Source of the DNA: Octopus sinensis
Lineage: Eukaryota
DNA: 64,000 nucleotides
Reading direction: 5' to 3'
Assembly (NCBI RefSeq): GCF_006345805.1
Contig: NC_043011.1
Location: forward strand, 49,426,464-49,490,463
Part shown: positions 54,471 through 64,000 of the stretch, piece by piece
Position numbering within the stretch: position 1 is the first letter of the stretch
How the letters are laid out: every line of letters starts with the position of its first letter
Program-made: the position numbers and the translations under genes
The notes under the pieces: model-generated
Databases searched by the model: none
What the model was told of the DNA's origin: nothing
The model's input: only the letters and a program-made list of their open reading frames with translations

Positions 54471-55040
54471 ATAGTGTAATAAATAAAATATATGCATACA
54501 TACAAACATATATATACGTACCTACATCTACATGTATATATACATGCATATATAAATACGTGAGTACAGGACACCACAACTAGACGTAGAACTCAACGAG
54601 AAACGAAAACGGAAAAGCCATTTTTTTACAACAGAAAAACAGAGACGTGGAACTGGACGAGAAACGAAAACGGGAAAACATTTTTTTATAACAGAAAAAC
54701 AGAGTACCGGACATGCTACACGAGGAAAAATCCCCAATCATCAGCTGTCACTAGTAGACTCAAGCGTGTTTCGAAGGCAAGACAGGACACGACTCGTCAA
54801 AACTAGGCCTTCCTGCGAGAAAATTAAAATAAAATTACCTCGCAGAGGGGTAAAACAAGCACGAAAAAAAAATGTAACACAAACAGGACGTAACAATAAA
54901 ACTGCACAATAAAATACAAGATAAAAATACATGTACAAGAAAATACAAAGCGAGAAATAAAAAGAAAATACAATACGAGAAATCAAAATAAACAAGAAAA
55001 CAAACGAGAAAAACAAACGAAAAGGCCTTTTTTCTGGCTT
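54471..55040 (-). mobile_element. Non-coding, strand-biased repeat (plus strand A-rich) carrying a rearranged hammerhead; partial direct repeat at 55335-55587
   Basis: 54471-54740 is repeated at 55335-55587; embedded in TA-rich microsatellite. Penelope association is inference. Confidence 0.65.
54738..54812 (-). ncRNA. Candidate rearranged (non-circularly permuted) hammerhead ribozyme
   Basis: GAAGGC(54812-07)/GCCUUC(54778-73) stem II; CGUGU-C^CUGUC; GAAACACG; GACAG-CUGAUGA(54744-38). Stems of 5/6/5 bp are all Watson-Crick and the core is canonical. Confidence 0.75.
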
Positions 55041-56599
55041 AGACGGAAGATGTTCTAGCAGCGCATGGAAACATGACTTTACAGTGTGAAAGCAATGTGC
55101 AAAAGGAAATAGTTTTGGCTAGCAGTGACAAAAGTGAGGAGGAGTGAGAGAGAAAGAGAGATAGAGGAAGACACGCGGCTGAGAGAGAGATGAGGAAGAG
55201 GGAGAGAGAGTGGGGAAGGTAAAGCAAAGGGAGAGAATTTCGTGTCATAATTATATATAAAACAATACTGGGAGGATAAGAAACGGAACGAAGCGACGAA
55301 TCGAAACGATCCCGACGCGAAGCGCTGTCAGACAATAGTGTAATAAATAAAATATATGCATACATACAAACATATATGTACGTACCTACATCAACATGTA
55401 TATATACATACATATATAAATATAAATACGTGAGTATAGGACACCACAACTAGACGTAGAACTCAACGAGAAACGAAAACGGAAAAGCTAATTTTTTACA
55501 ACAGAAAAACAGAGACGTGGAACTGGATGAGAAACAACAGAAAAACAGAGTACAGGACATGCTACACAAGGAAAAATCCCCAATCAAATACGCAATCTCA
55601 TATTAAATCAATTGAGATGTATCAGAAGACTTATAGATCTGACCGCTTTTGCAATGGATTTTATCAAATTGTCTAACTGTGTGTGACCAGAGGTGTGATG
55701 GTACACTTCTCATCGGTAAGTCCGTCTCATAAAGACGGTTCATCGATTTGGTCTTTATTTGAATCATCGCTGAAAGTCATTTCTCGAAGAGGCATTTATT
55801 AGAGTGCGAAGCAGTATTTTCATTCAACGCGGTATTTTCAATAAACGTTTACATTTAAAATTGCTTCAGTCAACGTAAGAACTAGAAATTTATTAACAAT
55901 TGACAGCTAGGGCCGTTCCACGCTTGTATGCACATATATGCTTTAATACGCCGGTATTTAAATTTAATGCTATGCTATTTTAAGAACGAATACTAGTTTA
56001 ATTCTATTAATTTAATTCTTTCCGGGATAGATTTCACACGAACCAGTAAAGGTTTTGTTTAACCATTTCTTCATCAGGGTAAAAAAAAAATTTAAAAAAA
56101 ACAAAAACAAAGAAAATAAACGGTTGGCGAAGAAAGCCTGGAGTATTCGTCATCGAAGAGACCAAATTAATTCGAAACAGTTTGACTGGCTATCCACTGG
56201 CATTCTGAATAAATCCCTGTTTTCAACATACCGATCCATTTGAAAAATTCCCGTGACAAAATATTATCGCCACTAGCGTTCTACGTTAAAAATATGTATA
56301 CATAGCGGTATTTCATGTGCGTATATTAAAATTTCATTTTATGCTGTAATTTTAGATTTCGATACAAGGTCAGTGTATATTTGCAACAGTTTGAATCTTT
56401 GATTCGTAAGGAATATTCAACGTAACAATAACTACGACAAATAAATTTAACACAGCTTGTTATTTCTAGTGATTCCTATTCCTCAGAAATAAAGTATTTT
56501 CAAGCATTAGATTTTGAAACACAAACAGATTCCATGATAAATACGATGCGACGGCTGTATTCTTCGAAATTTGTCCCCCGTTAAAACAGTCTATATCCA

Positions 56600-57060
56600 A
56601 GGAAAAGCTGGAGAAGTCTGCTTTTTAATATTTTCTCGGATCTTGTTAACTACAAAAAGGTCTGCTGGTGCCTTTCAAATCTTTTGGCAAGTGAAACCAG
56701 TCGAGGACTCAGTTTGCTCGAGTGCTTGTGGATCATTTAATACGTGTTTTCTTTGCTCCGTACCACAAAACTACAATGACAAGAAAGGTTTTCTTTTAGA
56801 CGGGCGGCGGTTTGCCAGTGTGCTTTCGTACTCTCCCGATGTTGATGTCGACTTTGCTCAAATCTTTGGTCTGAGGGGAAGCAGGACTGGCGCCAGGTCT
56901 TGCGTTACGATATTGTTCCCAGGAAGAAAAGGGAATATTGCATCGCTTCAGACTTTATTTTTCAGTTTGCCTTTGCAGGGCAACAGCAGCCTTCCTGCTG
57001 GGAATTGGTCAAAGAAGAGATCCTTAGACGTGATAAGGAAAACTCATCCAGAAAGAAAAC
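56600..57060 (-). mobile_element. RTE-clade LINE C-terminal fragment, decayed
   Basis: Across frameshifts: KDLFF...KLKN.SLKRCNIPFSSWE..RKTWRQ...FEQSR...FTCQKI.KAPA, the RTE C-terminal pattern. Confidence 0.6.
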
Positions 57061-57094
57061 TTTGATAAATATAAACTATATGTAATCATAGGTA

Positions 57095-57292
57095 CATACA
57101 AAAGACAGTGTACATTTAAACAATTAAGAGGTTTCCATCATAGGAATCCCTTACGCTAGAAGGAACAGCTAAAGTCCAAACCACTACTTTATCCCTAATT
57201 AGTAGTTTGGACTTTAGCTGTTCCTTCTAGCTTAAGGGATTCCTATGAGGGAAACCTCTTAATGTGTTTAAATGTACACTGTATTTTGTATG
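57095..57292. repeat. 198-bp near-perfect palindrome
   Basis: Arms ~90 bp with about five differences; loop ~15 nt. Confidence 0.92.
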
Positions 57293-57674
57293 AATAATAT
57301 ATAGTCTATTGACTAATTTTTCTATACACTAGGCCGCTGGTAGTAAAAATTTCTAAAGTCTTTATTTACCCTGATATTATAAATTATATATATATCGGTA
57401 TATGCAGTTGTCCCTCGGTCTGCACGGTACCCAATTTGTACAGGTTTTCGTCAAGATATCAATTTTTTCTTTTATTTTATATCCTTTACAAAAGTCGTTT
57501 ATTTCACCGATGCTGTTCGAGTTTCTTTTTTTTTTTTTCATTTCTCTACCATTTTAATCTCATCTTAGTTTCGTTTTATTTCTTCGATAACAAGGTAGAC
57601 TACACTTTGATGCATCACATTAGATATCAGATCCATTTTTTAATATACATACATGAATACATACATATATATAC

Positions 57675-57705
<31 letters not shown>

Positions 57706-57757
57706 CATACATACATACATACATACATACACACACATATGTATACATCTACATCTA

Positions 57758-57798
<41 letters not shown>

Positions 57799-57883
57799 TC
57801 ATAAATAAATAACAACATATAAATATATATGTATATACACAAACATATACATACAAATATACGTGTGTATGTATGTATGTATG

Positions 57884-57936
<53 letters not shown>

Positions 57937-58323
57937 GTCTATCTATTTATCTATCTATCTATGTCTGCATTCGTCATAATTTCAAGGTGGAATAACAGTT
58001 TCAAATGTCAAACCACAAAGAAACAAAAATGGACAAGGAAGTCGGGATGTCGATTTCTCTAGAAATGAAAATTAAATTATTAAATCATCTTCAAAAGGAA
58101 AGTGTTCGACAGAAACTGAGAAACAATTAAAAATGAAGCAAAAGGAATTTTTAACGATATCAGAACTCGAATAATGACAAATTCCTCAATAAGTTCAAAA
58201 CACACTTTATTCGTATATAGTAGTATTACAGAAAGAATGTAGAACACTTTGGTGTTTTGGAAAGCACCAATCTAAAGCTGTGAGTTAGTGGAGGAATCTG
58301 ATGGTCAGTTAAGATGTCTTGTA

Positions 58324-58520
58324 GAGCAGCGAGCTAGCAAAATCGTTAGCGAGCTGGGCAGAATGCTAAGCGGTATTTCTTCCGTTTTTACGTTCTAAGT
58401 TCAAATTCCATCAAGGTCTACTTTACCTTTCATCTTTAAGTACCAGTTGATCACTGGGGTCGATATAATTGTCTTATCCCTTCCTCCCGAAATCGCTGGC
58501 CCTGTACCAAACTTTGAAAC
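58324..58520 (+). mobile_element. SINE family B, decayed
   Basis: Head and core homology to family B. Confidence 0.7.
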
Positions 58521-58887
58521 AAAATAAGATGCCTTGGGTTCTAGCAGCAATGCCTCTAACGGCACTGGAACCAATTTTTCCTAGGGTAAACATCGGTGGC
58601 AGGCGTAAAGACGGAAGATTTGCGTGCATAGCCAATGGTTAGTTAGTCTTCCTCAAATTATGTTGCTCAGGTCTGTCAAAATAATTTCAGGAATAGAGCA
58701 GAATGACTAAGTTGCTGAGAGAAATAACTAAGCAGATGAAGAGTTTCAGAGTTTTAACACTACAGCCGTTACATGAAGACGTTACAACTAACAGTTGCAT
58801 AGAGGAAAAAGTGAAAGACAGAAAGAACCGTAGCGAACCGGTGAACAAACAAAACATATACAATGAGTGTGTACAGTCGATAATATG

Positions 58888-58922
<35 letters not shown>

Positions 58923-58951
58923 GCATATATGCATATATATACATATACACT

Positions 58952-59108
58952 GGAGTGGCTGTGTGGTAAGGAGCTTGCTTACAAGCCAGATGGTTCCGGC
59001 TTCAGTCCCACTGCGTGGCACCTTGAGCAAGTGTCTTCTACTATAGCCTCGGGCCGACCCAAGCCTTGTGAGTTGAATTCGTAGTCGGAAACTGAAAGAA
59101 GCCCATCG

Positions 59109-59149
<41 letters not shown>

Positions 59150-59280
59150 CTTCTGCAAAAGAGATCGATAGAATAAGTACTAGGCTTACAAAGAATAAGT
59201 CCTGGGGGTCGATCTGCTCGACTAAAGGCGGTGCTCCAGCATGGCCGCAGTCAAATGACTGAAAAAGAGTAAAAGAGTAT
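58952..59280 (+). mobile_element. SINE family A with internal deletion
   Basis: Head and tail match family A. Confidence 0.85.
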
Positions 59281-59290
59281 ATGTATAAAT

Positions 59291-59321
<31 letters not shown>

Positions 59322-59456
59322 CACGCAAACACACATACATACATATATGGGTACAGGACTCACCAAATAGTAAATATGAAATACGAAAGCCAACAAGTTC
59401 AAAATGCAAACAACGAGAAAAACAAAGGGAAAACAGGACAAGTAACATAAACAACG

Positions 59457-59538
59457 ACCCTTCGTCAGTTGTCGGCTGTCTATCTACTCCTAATTTCGAG
59501 TATTGAACGACAATATAAGTCTTCGAAGACAGTTGATC
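59457..59538 (-). ncRNA. Partly decayed rearranged hammerhead inside a strand-biased repeat (~59340-59955)
   Basis: CUUAU-A^UUGUCG; C-GAAAUUAG; 15-nt linker; CGACAA-CUGACGA. Stem I 6 bp, stem III 4 of 5, stem II weak. Confidence 0.5.
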
Positions 59539-60082
59539 CCATACGTACCAAAATAAAACTTGGGACTTATGGAGGGTCAAAGTTGGGAACAAAAACAGGA
59601 CTGTGGAGACAAACAAGGAAACCGAACGAAAACGAACATGGAGGGTCGTTAGATCTGAACGAGGGGGAAAATAGCGATCGCTGGAGAATTTTTGTATTTT
59701 TTTCAGATGAGAAAAGATATGAGAGATAGGATACGTGCTGTCATTACGACAGTTGTGATGAAGAGAAAGATGGACAATGGTCGCGTGTGAGCAACGAGAA
59801 ATAGAAACGGAGAAAGAGAGAGAGACAGAGAGATAGAAAACGTGAAGGGGACGACAACAGAGATTTAGAAAAAGGAGGAGAGAGAAAAGAGTATAGGGTA
59901 GAGTCGCATCAAAAAGGTTAAGAATAACTTACTTGGAATTGGATGCGTGGCGTTCGCACATGTGTGTGTATGTGTGTGTGTGCGTGTGCATACATATATG
60001 CATGTATATATATATATATATACATACACACACATACATACATTTATACAAGTAGGGATAGATAGATAATAGATAGATAGAT

Positions 60083-60234
<152 letters not shown>

Positions 60235-60719
60235 GTACATCACTGCATTGCATTTACCGTTTTCACTTGCGTTCCATCTGCTTTCATGCGCTTATGGTTA
60301 GGTGACTGAATGCTGTGCCATTGAACTTTCAGTTGCGTGGCCGTGGTCGTCGTCGTCGTCGTCATCGGAGGACGAGGAGGAGGAAGAGGAGAAAGAGAAG
60401 GGAAGAGGGAGAGATAGGAGGATGCTAGAAGGGGAGGAGAGGTGGTGGCGGGAAGAGAGAGAGAAAGAGAGAGCGCGAATGAGTAGAGTATTCAGCAACC
60501 ATAAAATGAATGTCGATAAACACAAGTATAATAGCAAGAATGACAACAGCAACATCAACAGTAATAATAACTATTAGAATGAAAGAATAAGCGATTACAA
60601 GGTAAATGACAGCACTTAAAACTATAACAGGATGATGACTGGCATTATAACAAGAACAATAATATAAACAACAGCGAACGTAAGAGAAGATAGAGAAGAA
60701 TAGGAAATACGTTGTTGTT

Positions 60720-60754
60720 TAATAATGATGATAATAATAATCATAATAATAATC

Positions 60755-60806
<52 letters not shown>

Positions 60807-60864
60807 TAATAATAATAACAATAATAATAATAATAATTATAATAATAATAATAATAATCATTGA

Positions 60865-60923
<59 letters not shown>

Positions 60924-61335
60924 ATAGTGGTGTTTGTAGTGGTGGTGTTGGTGGAGTAGTAGTAGTAGTAGTATTAGTAGTAAGTAAGTAGTAGTATTAG
61001 TGTGTGGTGGAGGAGGTAGTTGTAGTAGTAAAAGGAGAAGAGGAGTAGAAGTATGAAGAAGAAGAAAAAGGAGAAGAAAAGAAGAAGAAGAAGAAAAAAC
61101 AGAAGAAGAAGAAATAAGAAGAAAACGAAGAAGAAGAAGAAGAAGAAGAAGAAGAAAAAAAAAGAAGAAGAAGAAGAAGAAAAAGAAGAAGAAAAAGAAG
61201 AAGAAGAAGAAGAAGAAGAAAAAGAAGAAGAAGAAGAAGAAGAAGAAGAAGAAAAAGAAGAAAAAGAAGACGAAAAAGAAGAAGAAGAAGAAGAAGAAGA
61301 AGAAAAAGAAGAAGAAGAAGAAGAAGAGGGCTATT
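60720..61335. repeat. Compound (AAT)n/(AGT)n/(GAA)n microsatellites
   Basis: Visible directly. Confidence 0.95.
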
Positions 61336-61674
61336 AATGAATATATGCTCATCATAGTCTTGATTCTCGCTCTTTTAAGCTCTCAGTCATTTGATACGAG
61401 CTTAACTTGGCAGAGATTAGCAAGTATTGGTAAGTAATTTATTTGCTGATTTGCATAAATAAGAACGACCATGGTAATTTAGATTTCTTGACAGTCCGAG
61501 TGGACGGAGGGGACTCAATTATATTGAAACACTGGTGTCTCAGTGTCCACCACGTCTCTGACTCGTTTGTGAAGTCATCTGGCACTCCGTCAGTCACGAC
61601 AATAATGATTCCAGTCGATCTGAACGGCGGAACAGAACGCGGTGGTGGTGGTGGCGGTGGTGACGGTGGTGCTT

Positions 61675-62087
61675 GTGAGCTGGCAGAAAAGTTAGCACGC
61701 CGGGCGAAATGCTTAGCAGTATTTCGTCTGCCGCTACGGTCTGAGTTCAATTTCCACCGAGGTCGACTTTGCCTTTCATCCTTTCGGGGTCGATAAATTA
61801 AGTACCAGTCACGCACTGAGGTCGATGTAATCGACTTAATACCTATGTCCGTCCTTGTTTGTCCCCTCTGTGTTTAGCCCCTTGTGGGTAATAAAGAAAT
61901 AGGTATTTCGTCTGCCGCTACGGTCTGAGTTCAAATTCCGCCGAGGTCGACTTTGCCTTTCATCCTTTCGGGGTCGATTAAATAAGTACCAGCTACGCAC
62001 TGGGGTTGATATAATTGACTTAATCCCTGTGTCTGTCCTTGTTTGTCCCTTCTGTGTTTAGCCCCTTGTGGGTAGTAAAGAAATAGG
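61675..62087 (+). mobile_element. SINE family B with two modules
   Basis: Head plus module repeated at ~61718 and ~61903. Confidence 0.88.
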
Positions 62088-62294
62088 TGGTGCTTGTGGT
62101 GGTGGCAGAGGTGGCGACGGCGGTGGTGGTGGCGGTGGTGGTGGTGTGATGACGAAGACTATGCTGCTGCTTTTATACATGATGAAATTGATGATGATGA
62201 TGACGATGATGATGATGACCGTATTCGTAATGGAGATTGTTGATGGTGGTAGTGATAATGAGGGGGATGATGAGCATGGTAGTGGTGGTGGTGG

Positions 62295-62325
<31 letters not shown>

Positions 62326-62595
62326 GGTGGTGGTGGTGCTGGTGGTGGTGCTGGTGGTGGTGGTGGTGGTGGTGCTGGTGGTGGTGGTGGTGATGTTGAT
62401 GACGACGATGATGATGATGGAGATTTTGATGGTGGTAGTGGTAGTGGTGGTGGTGATGGTGGTGGGTGGGTGGTGGTGGCGGTGGTGATGATGACGATGA
62501 TGATGGAGATTTTGATGGTGGTAGTGGTAGTGGTGGTGGTGGTGATGATGGTGATTCTGATGATGATCATGATAATGATGATGATGATGATGATT
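62088..62595. repeat. (GGT/GAT)n microsatellite
   Basis: Visible directly; source of the poly-G/P ORFs. Confidence 0.95.
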
Positions 62596-63069
62596 GAAAT
62601 CGTCGAAAGAGGGAAAAAGAAGGAGATAGAAAGAAAGAAAGAGACAGACAGACAGACGGACAGAGAGGGAGAGAGAAAATGAACGATTAACGTACAGCTG
62701 AGGAAGTGTGAAAATTTGGTAGAACAATGATACCCTTAAGTGCAGCTGTAAATGTACCCGACGAACTGCATTCGCATCGTTGCATGTTTCGTTACAATTA
62801 TATGCAGGTGTTTTCTCCAACAGGAAATGCATCAACGACCTGTTCGTATTGTGTGTGTGGTTGTATCACGTGACACCATTTTATGGAGATGTTTTTTTAT
62901 GTACGTGTACGAGAATGCATATGCATATGTGTGTGTAAGTGTGAGAGTATGTATGTGTGTGTGTGTGAGCGTGTGCATGTGTGTATATGTGTATGTATAT
63001 ATCAGTATGTCTACGTAATGATACTGTGGCCTGGAAGATGTGAATGCATGCAAGTTTATGGATATTCAT

Positions 63070-63115
<46 letters not shown>

Positions 63116-63168
63116 TCTACATATGTGTGTGTGTCTATACACACACAAAGGCACATATATGCATGTAC

Positions 63169-63212
<44 letters not shown>

Positions 63213-63559
63213 TTGTGTATGTGTGTGTGTATGTATATATATATACATCAGTATACAAGCATGCACTCATGCTACATGTATACACACATATATATACACA
63301 AACATATATATACATATACATATATAATATCTATGAATACGTATATATATATATATATGTTCGTGAGCGCATATATACGTATATATATGTGTGTGTGAGC
63401 GTGTGTGCATATATACAGACACACACACGCATACATATATACATATATGTACAAGCATGAACACAAAACACACATGTTATAAGTATACACACACACACAC
63501 ACACACGTACAGGTATCTTCACACGTTAGTGATAGAAAGAGGCGAGGGGGAGGGAGAGA

Positions 63560-63591
<32 letters not shown>

Positions 63592-63824
63592 TGAAAACGA
63601 GACTAAACGTGGATGCGTGTATCTGTGTTTGTGTTATGCCTCGAATAACCAAAAGAAGTTTAATACGCCAACCTAATAAACAGCATTTCTCCTTAGACAA
63701 AACGGAATACAGACTCCTTGTGGGGTGAAACTAATAAGGTCTTTTCTCGTGTTGTTTTAACAGAATTACTGGAAATCAGACAGGACCTGCTGCTGAGTTG
63801 TTGATATTCGATCTGTATTCTGAA

Positions 63825-64000
63825 GCAGCGAGCTGGCAGAATCGTCAAGCAACCGAGGCGTTTTGTTTTACCGGCAGATCGTGCTTAGTGAGTTCAAATT
63901 TTGCAATGACTGACTTTGTCATACGTTGTTTTCTTTTGGGTTTTTCTTTTGGGGGGGGGTGTTATCTTTCAGTCGATTAAATAAGTACCAGTTGAGTACC
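63825..64000 (+). mobile_element. SINE family B, decayed (runs off window end)
   Basis: GCAGCGAGCTGGCAGAATCG..GAGTTCAAATT..AAGTACCAGTT. Confidence 0.7.

Noticed and set aside
56040-56080. CUGAUGAAG on the minus strand (similar isolated cores at 5998, 53085 and 62697)
   Set aside because: No compatible GAAA, UH site and stems in either standard or rearranged order.
56360-56380. 13-nt microexon-like TTTTAG/ATTTCGATACAAG/GTCAGT
   Set aside because: Weak donor, not frame-preserving, and no gene context.
56571-57065. 164-aa plus-strand ORF
   Set aside because: It is antisense to a decayed RTE fragment and shows no recognisable domain.
57095-57292. Parvovirus-like terminal hairpin
   Set aside because: No NS1/VP-like coding sequence nearby; the adjacent coding remnant is RTE.

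Overview
Repeat-saturated, AT-rich eukaryotic (animal) non-coding DNA, most likely cephalopod/octopus. That host call is my inference from the tRNA-derived SINE families and a mollusc-like 5S copy. I found no intact host protein-coding gene; most long ORFs in the track are microsatellite translations. The window holds four tRNA-headed SINE families (my labels A-D), decayed Tc1/mariner elements, MITE-like fold-backs, and fragments of R4/Dong, HERO, RTE, CR1/L2, Tx1-like and Penelope retroelements. It also has a 5S rRNA copy fused to a SINE tail. The main result is a set of self-cleaving-ribozyme-like RNAs, all read by hand. (1) A retrozyme-like array of ~345-nt units at 50381-51282 carries three identical type-I hammerheads, two tandem and one inverted. 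(2) Three unrelated repeats carry non-circularly permuted (rearranged) hammerheads on the minus strand at ~6.9 kb, ~54.8 kb and ~59.5 kb, with a decayed relative at ~7.8 kb. They share the order stemII-5' / cleavage strand / GAAA / CUGANGA. No folding program, database search or activity assay was run.
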